In this document: one piece after another, positions 9,106 to 18,927 of the stretch
How the letters are laid out: every line of letters begins with the position of its first letter
How positions within the stretch are numbered: position 1 is the first letter of the stretch
NCBI GenBank assembly: GCA_963801445.1
Contig: CAWDEW010000009.1
Coordinates: 836,438-900,437 of the forward strand
DNA length: 64,000 nucleotides
DNA from: an uncultured Chloroflexia bacterium
Lineage (GTDB): Bacteria > Chloroflexota > Limnocylindria > Limnocylindrales > CSP1-4
Direction of reading: 5' to 3'
Translations under genes and position numbers: made by a program
Notes under the pieces: model-generated
Told to the model about the DNA's origin: nothing
What the model saw: only the letters and a program-made list of their open reading frames with translations
Database searches by the model: none

Positions 9106-10019
9106 ATGATCAACTGGACTCCCGACCCGATCGCCCTCTCCCTCGGCCCCCTCGCGGTCCACTGGTACGGCGTGATGTATGCCGTCGGGCTCGCGGCCAC
9201 CTACTGGGTCGTCAGCCGCGAGGTGCTCAGGCGCGGACTCGACATCGGCCTGCTCGCGAATGGCTTCATCATGGTCGCCATCGCGGCCCTCATCGGCGGG
9301 CGCCTCTACCACGTGATCGACCAGTGGCAGCTCTACAGGGACAACCTGCTGGCGATCGTGCTGCCGCCCTACAGCGGCCTGGGCGTCTACGGCGGCATCC
9401 TCACCGGCGTGCTCACCGGGGTCGTGTACGCGCGCTGGAAGCGCCAGAGCATCCCGACCTGGGCCGACGTCGCGGCGCCGGGCATCCTGGTCATGCAGGC
9501 CTTCGGGCGCTGGGGCAACTTCTTCAACCAGGAGCTGTACGGTCCCCCGACGAACCTCCCCTGGGGGATCGCGATCACGTGCGCCAACCGGACGGCGACG
9601 TGGGCCTGCCCCCGGTCGGGACGACGCCGATCGACGCCCACTTCCAGCCCCTCTTCCTCTACGAGTCGCTCTCGGGGCTCGTCGGCGCCGCCGTGCTGCT
9701 CTTCCTGGCCCGGCGGACGACCCGGCTGCGGCCCGGCGACGTGGCCCTTCTCGTCTTCGCCTGGTACGGGGCCACCCGCTTCCTCCTCGAGCCGTTGCGC
9801 ACGAACAACTGGCTGATCGGCGGGATCCCGACCGCCTCGTACATCTCGGCGGCCGTCGTGGCCGGCGCGCTCCTCCTGCTCGCCTGGCGCCACCGCCCGG
9901 GGGCGGCCCGCGGCGAGGAGCCCTCCGTCGGCGACGACGACGGCCCTGGGGGCGACGCCCCGGGAGACGAGCCGGCCGGGCCGGACCCGGCGGGACGGCC
10001 CGAGCCCGCCCAGGGATGA
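9106..10019 (+). pseudogene. lgt: Prolipoprotein diacylglyceryl transferase with an internal frameshift (N-part in frame +1 to about 9580, C-part in frame 0 to 10019)
   Basis: The N-terminal ORF 9106.. carries the Lgt signature GRWGNFFNQELYGPPTNLPWGIAI and then decays into Arg/Ser-rich nonsense. The Lgt C-terminus (PIDAHFQPLFLYESLSGLVGAAVLLFL ...) continues in the frame of track ORF 8544..10019. Confidence 0.7.
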
Positions 10020-10993
10020 GCTCCCCGGGGCCGGCACCGGGAGCGGGCGACCCGCCGAGCCCAGGGCGGCGCAGGGCTGCCGCGAACATCCGGCCCTCGG
10101 AGCTGGCAGTCGGGCGGGAGACCCTCGAGGGCCTGGCCTGGCTGCGCCGCCCGCCCGAGGTGCGGGCCCGCCTCGCCTTCCGCTTCGTGCGCGCGGTGGC
10201 CCGGATCGTCCTCCTCGGCATCTTCCGGTTCCGGATCCGCCATGAGGGCCGCGAGCTCCTGCCCAGGGGCGGCGGCTACCTGCTCCTGTGCGCCCTGCAC
10301 CGGGGCTGGATGGATCCCTTCCTCGCGATCGACGCACTGCCGGTCGAGCCCCGGGTCTGGTTCCTCGGGAGCGGCCCGTCGGCCTTCGACCGGCCGTGGA
10401 AGGAATGGCTCCTCCGGCGGATCGGCGGCGTGCTCCCGGTGTGGCGCGGCGGCCTCGGGATCGACGTGCACGTGGCCTCGGCACGGGCCGTGCTGGAGCG
10501 GGGTGGTGTCTTCGCCACGTTCGTCGAGGGCACGATCGGGGGCCCTCCCGACCGCCCGACGCCGTATCGCCACGGCGCGCTGCTGATCGCCCTGCGGACC
10601 GGGTTCCCGATCGTGCCGCTCGCAGTCGCCGGCACGGAGGAGCTCCACCGGGGCAAGCGGATGGCGACCCGGATCCTCTCCCCGGTCACCGTGCCCGCCC
10701 TGCTCGGCGCCGAGTGGGTGGGCCAGCCCGAAGCCGGCTCGCACGAGGAGCTGACGGCAGCCCGCCTCGCCGCCGAGCGCCTCGAGTCGCTCATGGCGCC
10801 GGCGATCGCCGACCTGTCGAGGGCCACCGTCACGCCCGCGGGCCGCTCGCGCCGCTGGCCGTGGCTGACCGGGCTGCTGCTGGGCCGGCCACGCCCCCGC
10901 CGGGGCGGCCGCGCCGCCCCGGGAGCCTCCATCGCGGCCCCCGACGCCACCGCGTCCGACGACGTGGACGCCGGAGGGCCACCGGCCGGCTGA
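10016..10993 (+). CDS. 1-acyl-sn-glycerol-3-phosphate acyltransferase family protein (PlsC-like)
   Basis: It carries the HRGWMDP motif (an HxxxxD acyltransferase motif) and a second box (FVEGTIGG). Its start overlaps the lgt stop (ATGA). Confidence 0.75.
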   Translation: MSSPGPAPGAGDPPSPGRRRAAANIRPSELAVGRETLEGLAWLRRPPEVRARLAFRFVRAVARIVLLGIFRFRIRHEGRELLPRGGGYLLLCALHRGWMDPFLAIDALPVEPRVWFLGSGPSAFDRPWKEWLLRRIGGVLPVWRGGLGIDVHVASARAVLERGGVFATFVEGTIGGPPDRPTPYRHGALLIALRTGFPIVPLAVAGTEELHRGKRMATRILSPVTVPALLGAEWVGQPEAGSHEELTAARLAAERLESLMAPAIADLSRATVTPAGRSRRWPWLTGLLLGRPRPRRGGRAAPGASIAAPDATASDDVDAGGPPAG

Positions 10994-11129
10994 TCGCGCG
11001 CCCGGGGCCGCCGCGCGGGCACTCCGCCCCGGCCCGCCGCGACGCGCGCGCTCTCGCGCCCGCCGCGGCGGCGTATTGTTCGCCCAGCGTCCCATCCTGA
11101 CCGGCGGCCTCCTGCGGAGGGATACAGCC

Positions 11130-12164
11130 ATGGGGCAGCTCGGACGCTTCCTGCTCGTCCTCGCGCTGGCCTTCAGCGCGCCGGCGGCCGCCGTCCGTGG
11201 TCCCGAGCCGAATGCCGCACCGACCGCGGCGCCCACGTCCTACCGCGAGGACGGGATCCTGGGGCTGACGATGGCTCGCTACCCGCACAGCGGCCAGGTC
11301 TGCCAGTTCGGCCAGGTCACGCTCGGGTTCATCGTCAACAACGTCTCGCCCGGCGTCGAGGTCCCGATTCCGGTCGTCGAGGCGATGATCACGGTGCAGG
11401 ATGACAAGGGGGCCACCCAGAGGCTGATCACGCGGGGCAATGGCTACGCCGAGGTCTCCTGGCCGGCGGAGACCGCGGGCCAGCTCCGCTTCACCGTGGA
11501 CGCCCAGAAGCAGTACTACACGGCGGCCAGGCCCCTCACGTTCCAGGTCCAGGTCGTTCCCTGCAAGTGGGTCCTGAAGGTCAACTACCACGAGGAGTTC
11601 GCGATCATCGCGGAGGTCCAGCTGGTGGTGGGCGCCTACGTCGACTGGAGTGGATACGTCTCCGCGGGGCCCCCGAACGCGGACAGCGGGACGAGCACGC
11701 TCACGGTCACGGGCTCGGGCAGCTACCGCTTCTATGCCTCGGACAAGATCCAGGCGCCCATCCACATCAGCGTGGACCCGCCGGTCTCCGGAGACTGGGG
11801 GCTCAACGGCGATGGCAGCGCGGACAGCCAGACGGTCAAGCTCAACATCGGGGCCGTCCTGCCCGGCCAGTACCCGAAGATGGTCACCTTGAAGGTCACC
11901 GACTACGGTCCCAGCAACATCCAGGTGAACTACAAGCCGCCTGCCCCATACATCGGGGGCAACGGGGCGTTCCTGGAGGCCAACAAGCTCAACAACCTGA
12001 CCTTCCCGGCGGACGGCGGCAACATCAGCCTCTCCAGCGGGATGTCCACCTTCTTCTGGACGGACACCCGCACGGCCTACTCCCTCGACATCATGCTCTA
12101 CAAGGTGAGGGACCTGCCCGCCTCCACATCCGGGTCCCTCGCTCTCGCGGATCCGCTGCGGTGA
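11130..12164 (+). CDS. Secreted hypothetical protein (signal peptide)
   Basis: An ATG follows the RBS ggaggga. The N-terminus (MGQLGRFLLVLALAFSAPAAA) is a signal peptide. I recognised no conserved domain. Confidence 0.6.
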   Translation: MGQLGRFLLVLALAFSAPAAAVRGPEPNAAPTAAPTSYREDGILGLTMARYPHSGQVCQFGQVTLGFIVNNVSPGVEVPIPVVEAMITVQDDKGATQRLITRGNGYAEVSWPAETAGQLRFTVDAQKQYYTAARPLTFQVQVVPCKWVLKVNYHEEFAIIAEVQLVVGAYVDWSGYVSAGPPNADSGTSTLTVTGSGSYRFYASDKIQAPIHISVDPPVSGDWGLNGDGSADSQTVKLNIGAVLPGQYPKMVTLKVTDYGPSNIQVNYKPPAPYIGGNGAFLEANKLNNLTFPADGGNISLSSGMSTFFWTDTRTAYSLDIMLYKVRDLPASTSGSLALADPLR

Positions 12165-13885
12165 CGCGGTACCGCCGGGCGCGGGTCGCGGCGCCGCTCG
12201 CGCTGGCCATCCTCGCCGCTGCCTGCGGCGGTCCCGGACCGACGAGCCCGGCTACTTCCCCGACCGGATCCGGCGCGCCGCCTGCCGGCCCGGCCGGCTC
12301 GGCCGTCGTCGGGGGACCGCGAGCCGTCGAGGACCCCGCCGCCGGGCTCGGCTCGCTGCCGGCCTACCGCGCGAGCCTCTCGGTCTCCTTCGCCGGCACC
12401 CAGGCCGGCCAGCCCGCCAGCTGGTCGCAGGAGTACTCCCTGACCTCCATCGCGGCGTCCAGGGTACGGATGCTGGCCTACACGCAAGCCGGACTCGGGA
12501 ACGCGCCGGCGCCCTACGCGGCGCTGGAGGGCCATGCGGGCACCGTCCACTACCTCCGCCGGGCGACCGGCGAGCCGTGCACGGGGGCGTTCCTGGAGGC
12601 GGGCGCCGACCCGGCCGCGTTCATCGAGCCCGCCAGCCTCCTCCCGAGGATCCGCACGCTGACCGCGGCGGGCGCCGCCCAACAGGTCGCCGGCATGACC
12701 GCGGAGCCGTTCACGTTCGACGCGGCGGCGGTCGTCACCGGCGGCTCCGGCCAGGCCGCGGGCAGGATCCTGCTCGTCCGCGACTCCCACCTCGTCCTGA
12801 GCCTGGACCTGCAGCTCACGGGCGGCGCGGACGTCTTCGACGCCGACACCCAGGGGACGATGACCTGGGCGTACAGGCTGGAGCCGATCGACCCGGCCGG
12901 CGCCTCGGCCGTCCCGGCCGACTGCCCGACGCCTCTCCCGGAGATCCCGCTCATGGCCAACGCCGCGAACGTGCTGCGGTTCCCGGGCTACCTCTCCTAC
13001 GAGACGACGAGCGACGTCGCGGCGGTGGCCGACTTCTACGGGAAGCAGATGCCCGGGGTCGGCTTCAGCGCCGTCGGCGATCCCTACGTGAGCGCGCTGG
13101 CGGCCTCCCTCGCCTGGACGAAGGGGTCCGACGCTGTCCGCATCTCGGTCGCGATCGGCACGCCCACCACGGTCCGGATCACCCGGCAGGCCGGCAAGGA
13201 CGCCCCGAACCCCTCTCCGGCCCCCCAGCCCACGACCCCCGGACAGGCCGGCATGCTGCGGGTGGTCAAGTCCCTGACGCTCCTCCTGGGCAGCGACGCG
13301 ACGCCGTCCGTGTTCCCGTCGTACCACCTGGAGCTGGCCACGAGCTCGCCGTACTGGGCCGCGACGAAGGTGGCGATCGAGAAGAGCGCCATCTCGGCCG
13401 ACGTGGCGGGCAGGAACGTCCACTTCACGAGTCGGGACACGAAGGCCGGCAGGACGACGACCAGCGAGATCTACACGATCGACGGCAAGAGCTACGCGGT
13501 CGTGAAGGGCAAGGTCACCGAAGGCGCCGACATGGAGGCCCTGGCCTGGACGATGTGGCCGCTCGACGTGGTCGTCGCGCTGGGGATCGGCTCCTTCGGC
13601 ACGACTCCCGGGGGGACCGCGACGCTGGACGGCCGCACCGCGGAGGTCTACGCGATCGAGGGCTCGCTCGCCGACGACACGACCGGCATGTGGTCGAGCT
13701 TCGGCTTCCCGATCACCTCGGCCAGGGGCACCGTCTGGGTCGACCAGGCGACGGGCGGGCTCCTGAAGGTCGTCGTCGACTACCAGACGGACGTGAAGGA
13801 GGGGACCGTCAGGAAGGGCAGCGGCGCCGGGCACATCGAGGTCGTCGTCGGACGCGTCGGCACCGTCTCCGTCGCGCTCCCGTAG
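12161..13885 (+). CDS. Hypothetical lipoprotein (lipobox LAAC), 574 aa
   Basis: A GTG overlaps the previous stop (GTGA). The N-terminus (RRARVAAPLALAILAAACGG) is a lipoprotein signal. The remainder is a Thr/Ala-rich extracytoplasmic protein. Confidence 0.65.
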   Translation: MTRYRRARVAAPLALAILAAACGGPGPTSPATSPTGSGAPPAGPAGSAVVGGPRAVEDPAAGLGSLPAYRASLSVSFAGTQAGQPASWSQEYSLTSIAASRVRMLAYTQAGLGNAPAPYAALEGHAGTVHYLRRATGEPCTGAFLEAGADPAAFIEPASLLPRIRTLTAAGAAQQVAGMTAEPFTFDAAAVVTGGSGQAAGRILLVRDSHLVLSLDLQLTGGADVFDADTQGTMTWAYRLEPIDPAGASAVPADCPTPLPEIPLMANAANVLRFPGYLSYETTSDVAAVADFYGKQMPGVGFSAVGDPYVSALAASLAWTKGSDAVRISVAIGTPTTVRITRQAGKDAPNPSPAPQPTTPGQAGMLRVVKSLTLLLGSDATPSVFPSYHLELATSSPYWAATKVAIEKSAISADVAGRNVHFTSRDTKAGRTTTSEIYTIDGKSYAVVKGKVTEGADMEALAWTMWPLDVVVALGIGSFGTTPGGTATLDGRTAEVYAIEGSLADDTTGMWSSFGFPITSARGTVWVDQATGGLLKVVVDYQTDVKEGTVRKGSGAGHIEVVVGRVGTVSVALP

Positions 13886-14007
13886 GACCGCCTGGAGCGC
13901 CGCCGCCCATCGCTCCGGCCGGCGCATCCGCGCCGCCCGCGCATCCGCGCCCGCGGATCGCACCGCCGGCGCTCGGCCGCCGGGCGGTCGCATGCGATAC
14001 TCCCGCG

Positions 14008-15429
14008 ATGGAGTACGCCTCGACGATCCTCGACCTGATCGGTCGGACCCCGCTCGTCCGCATCAACCGGATCACCCGGGGGATCGGGCCGCTGGAACGC
14101 CAGCCGCTGGTCCTGGCCAAGCTCGAGACGCTGAACCCCGGTGGCTCGATCAAGGATCGGATCGGGCTGCCGATGATCGAGGCGGCCGAGCGGGACGGCC
14201 TCCTCCGGCCGGGCGGCACGATCATCGAGCCCACCAGCGGCAACACCGGCCATGGCCTCGCGATCGCCGCCGTCCTGAAGGGCTATCGCTGCATCTTCGT
14301 CATGGCCGACAAGCAGTCCGCGGAGAAGCAGGCGATCCTGCGCGCCTACGGTGCCGAGGTCGTGCTCTGCCCCACGAACGTGGCCCCGGAGTCACCCGAG
14401 AGCTACTACTCCGTGGCGGCCCGCCTGGCTCGCGACATCCCGGGCGCGTTCAAGCCCGACCAGTACTGGAACACGGAGAACCCCAGGGCGCACGAGGCGA
14501 CCACGGGACCCGAGATCTGGGAGCAGACCGGCGGCCAGGTCACCCATCTCGTGGCCTCCGTGGGGACCGGCGGCACGATCACCGGGATCGCTCGCCACCT
14601 CCGCTCCCGGCGGCCGGACGTCGTGATCATCGGCGCGGATCCGGAGGGAAGCGTGCTCTCCGGCGACTCCGCCCGGCCGTACCTGACCGAAGGGGTGGGG
14701 GAGGACTTCATGCCCGGCACGTTCGATCCGGCGCTGGTGGATCGCTGGGTGCGCGTCTCCGACCGGCACGCGTTCGCGATGGCCCGCCGGATCACGCGCG
14801 AGGAGGGGATCCTCGCCGGGGAGTCGTGCGGGACTGCGATGGTCGCGGCGCTCGAGGTCGCGGGCGAGCTCACCGCGGAGGGCCGGGGGCCCGGCTCCGT
14901 CGTGGTCGTGGTCCTGCCGGACGGCGGGCGCAACTACCTGTCCAAGCTGTACAGCGACGAGTGGATGCGCGCGAACGGCCTCCTCGCCTCGGCCGGGGCG
15001 GTGGTCCGCGTCCGCGAGGTCCTCGAGGATCGCCACCACGGCGAGCAGATCCCCGACGTCGTGCTGGCGCGCACGACCGAGAAGGTCGGCACGGTGATCG
15101 GGCGCCTCGAGGACTACGGGATCAGCCAGATGCCGGTCTCGGAAGCCGCGGCCGGCGACGCGCTCGTCGGACTGGTCGGATCGATCAACGAGAAGGGCCT
15201 GCTGGAGCGGGCGTATCGCGACCCGGGCGTCGTGGAGCGCACCGTGGGCGAGGTGATGGACGCGCCCCTCCCGGTGGTGGCGGAAGGCGCCCCGCTCGAC
15301 GAGGCGTTCGCCCTGCTGGCGGGCGGAGCCGGTGCGGTGCTCGCTGCCCGCGGCGACCGGCCGACCGGCGTGATCACGAAGCTCGACCTGCTCGAGTACC
15401 TCTCCCACCATCCCCGGCTCGGGCTCTAG
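14008..15429 (+). CDS. cbs: Cystathionine beta-synthase (PLP-dependent, with C-terminal tandem CBS domains)
   Basis: It shows cysteine-synthase fold motifs (LNPGGSIKDR, TSGNTGHGLA, GTGGTITG) and a pair of C-terminal CBS domains. Confidence 0.9.
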   Translation: MEYASTILDLIGRTPLVRINRITRGIGPLERQPLVLAKLETLNPGGSIKDRIGLPMIEAAERDGLLRPGGTIIEPTSGNTGHGLAIAAVLKGYRCIFVMADKQSAEKQAILRAYGAEVVLCPTNVAPESPESYYSVAARLARDIPGAFKPDQYWNTENPRAHEATTGPEIWEQTGGQVTHLVASVGTGGTITGIARHLRSRRPDVVIIGADPEGSVLSGDSARPYLTEGVGEDFMPGTFDPALVDRWVRVSDRHAFAMARRITREEGILAGESCGTAMVAALEVAGELTAEGRGPGSVVVVVLPDGGRNYLSKLYSDEWMRANGLLASAGAVVRVREVLEDRHHGEQIPDVVLARTTEKVGTVIGRLEDYGISQMPVSEAAAGDALVGLVGSINEKGLLERAYRDPGVVERTVGEVMDAPLPVVAEGAPLDEAFALLAGGAGAVLAARGDRPTGVITKLDLLEYLSHHPRLGL

Positions 15430-15442
15430 GGAGGGTCCGGCG

Positions 15443-16681
15443 GTGCCAGCCCAGACGCGGCCCGGAGATCAGGGCCATCCGGCAGCGGACGCGTTCGCCA
15501 CGCGGGCCGTCCACGCGGGCGGGGAGCCGGACGAGGCGACCGGCGCGGTCAGCCCGCCGATCTACCAGACCTCCACGTACGCCCAGGCCGGTGTCGGGCG
15601 ACCCCGCGGCGGCTACGAGTACGCCCGGACGCAGAATCCCACCCGCGAGCGGCTCGAGCGCGCGGTCGCGGACCTCGAGGGCGGCGCGACCGGGGTTGCC
15701 TACGCCTCCGGCTCGGCGGCGACGGCGAACCTCGCGGAGCTCGTGGCCCCCGGCGAGGAGCTGGTCGTGGGGGACGACGTGTACGGCGGCACCTTCCGGT
15801 TCCTCGAGCGGGTGGGCCGGCCGCGCGGCCTCGACGCGCACTACGTGGACCTGGCCACCGATCCGGCGGCGGCCCTGGCCAGGGCGCTGACGGAGCGGAC
15901 CCGCGTGGTCTGGTTCGAGACACCCTCGAACCCGCTCCTCAAGGTCACCGACATCGCCGCCGTCGCGGTCGCGGCCCACGCCCACCGCGGGGCGCGGGGT
16001 GAGGCGCCCCTGGTCGTCGTGGACAACACCTTCGCCTCGCCGGCGCTGCAGCGTCCGCTCGCGCTCGGCGCGGACATCGTCTTCCACTCCGCGACGAAGT
16101 ACCTCGCGGGCCACAGCGACACGGTCAACGGCGTGGTCGTCACGTCGAGGCCCGACGTGGCGGATCGACTGCGCTTCCTCCAGAACGCGATCGGGGCCGT
16201 CCCGGGCCCGCAGGACTGCTTCCTGGTCCTGCGCGGGATCCGGACGCTGGCCCTCCGGGCCGAGCGGCACGCGGCCAACGCGCTGGCCGTCGCGCGGGCC
16301 CTGGCCGCCCGCGACGACGTCGCGTGGCTGCGCTACCCGGGCCTCGCGGGCGGCCGCTTTGCGCACCCGCAGGCGGCCACGGCGGCCGCCCAGATGAGCG
16401 CGGGCGGCGGGATGGTCAGCTTCGTGCCCGCGCCCGGCGGCCGGCACGGCCGCTCAGCCCGCGATCGCGCGATCGCCCTGTGCGAGGGAGCCCGGCTCTT
16501 CTCCCTGGCCGAGTCCCTCGGCGGCGTCGAGTCGCTGCTCGAGGTGCCGGCCGTGATGACCCACGCCTCCGTGGCCGACTCGCCGCTCGAGGTGCCCGAG
16601 GCCCTGGTTCGCCTCTCGGTGGGGATCGAGGACGCCGCCGACCTCACGGCCGACCTGTTGCGCGCCCTCGACGAGGCCTAG
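15443..16681 (+). CDS. Cystathionine gamma-lyase/gamma-synthase family PLP enzyme
   Basis: It has Cys/Met-metabolism PLP-enzyme motifs (VVVDNTFASP, SATKYLAGHSD). It lies immediately downstream of cbs. Confidence 0.9.
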   Translation: MPAQTRPGDQGHPAADAFATRAVHAGGEPDEATGAVSPPIYQTSTYAQAGVGRPRGGYEYARTQNPTRERLERAVADLEGGATGVAYASGSAATANLAELVAPGEELVVGDDVYGGTFRFLERVGRPRGLDAHYVDLATDPAAALARALTERTRVVWFETPSNPLLKVTDIAAVAVAAHAHRGARGEAPLVVVDNTFASPALQRPLALGADIVFHSATKYLAGHSDTVNGVVVTSRPDVADRLRFLQNAIGAVPGPQDCFLVLRGIRTLALRAERHAANALAVARALAARDDVAWLRYPGLAGGRFAHPQAATAAAQMSAGGGMVSFVPAPGGRHGRSARDRAIALCEGARLFSLAESLGGVESLLEVPAVMTHASVADSPLEVPEALVRLSVGIEDAADLTADLLRALDEA

Positions 16682-16766
16682 CGGGGAAGCAGCCCGCGCC
16701 TGGCGGGGAGCCCACCGGCGCTCGGCGGCGAAGCAGCCCGGCCCCGCCGGACGACGGCCGTTCGGA

Positions 16767-17336
16767 TCAGGGGTGCGCGTTCCCCTTGCCGTTCGCGTGC
16801 CCGTTCCCGTGCCCCTGGCCGACGACGCGGCCGATGCCCGGTCCGTGGGTGAGCTGCAGCTCACGAGCGATCAGGCCCCAGCCCTTGCCGCCCTGGAACA
16901 TCGCCACGATGTCCGCGACGGGCTTGCCCGACTCCTGGGCGAAGAGCACGGCCCGCACGGCGCCGCCGACCCCGACCTTTGCGGCGAGCGCCGCGAGATC
17001 GGCCTCGGTGATCGTGATCCCGGCGGCCTTCAGGCGGGCGACGAACATCGGGATGGAGGCGGGCGCCGCGTTCGATCCGGCCTGGGTCGCCTTGCTGGCG
17101 TCGGGCGCGTCGGCGGCCCGGGGTGCCCTCGTGGCCTCGGGCGCCCTGGTCGCGTCGGCGGCCTCGGTCGGATCGGGAGCCTCGCTCGGCTCGGCCGTTT
17201 CGGCCGGCTTCGCCGCCTCGGCCAGGGCCGCGGGATGGACGGCACCGGCTGCCGCGAAGGCGGAGCCGGCGGCGAACAGGACCAGGAAGACGGCGACGAC
17301 GGTGCGGCGCGCCACGGCGCCTGGCAGGGACGACAT
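16767..17336 (-). CDS. Secreted hypothetical protein with His/Gly-rich C-terminal tail
   Basis: An ATG follows the RBS gagg. The N-terminus (MSSLPGAVARRTVVAVFLVLFAAGSAFAAAGA) is a signal peptide. The C-terminus is GQGHGNGHANGKGNAHP. The upstream part of the long track ORF is likely non-coding. Confidence 0.5.
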   Translation of the reverse strand: MSSLPGAVARRTVVAVFLVLFAAGSAFAAAGAVHPAALAEAAKPAETAEPSEAPDPTEAADATRAPEATRAPRAADAPDASKATQAGSNAAPASIPMFVARLKAAGITITEADLAALAAKVGVGGAVRAVLFAQESGKPVADIVAMFQGGKGWGLIARELQLTHGPGIGRVVGQGHGNGHANGKGNAHP

Positions 17337-17424
17337 CGGCAGGAACCTCGTGCGTGTGACCCGCCCGCGCCTCGCGGTCCGGGGCGTCAAGGATAGCCCA
17401 GGGAGCGCCAACGACCAGGCCTGA

Positions 17425-18723
<1,299 letters not shown>

Positions 18724-18927
18724 GCGGCGTCCCGGTGCCCGGGCGCACCACGAACGAGCGTCGGGGGGCCGCGACGGCCAGCTTTCTGCGCGAGATGGCC
18801 GGCCGCGGGCGCGACGAGGGCTGGCGCCCACCGGGTTCGTGCCGGAAAATGCAGCGAACATGCGCGAGGGCCCCCGGGGCCCGAGGGAGGGAGGCGGCCC
18901 GGTCCGGTGCCGCCTGAAGGGAGGATC

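Noticed and set aside
9560-9600. Programmed ribosomal frameshifting as the explanation for the lgt, ABC, ATPase, SBP and GDPD frame breaks.
   Set aside because: No slippery heptamers or downstream stimulatory structures were seen. Five unrelated genes are affected, and sequence error or simple indels are far more parsimonious.
8544-10019. A 491-aa ORF read as one gene.
   Set aside because: Only its last ~150 codons (the Lgt C-terminus) look coding. The upstream 330 codons overlap lrp and a small ORF and are off-frame.
12098-13993. A 631-aa minus-strand ORF, and the 12577..14007 part of a 950-aa plus ORF, across the lipoprotein gene.
   Set aside because: They overlap a well-supported lipoprotein CDS in other frames. 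Their composition is typical of GC-rich off-frame ORFs. Only the 14008..15429 part is the real cystathionine beta-synthase.
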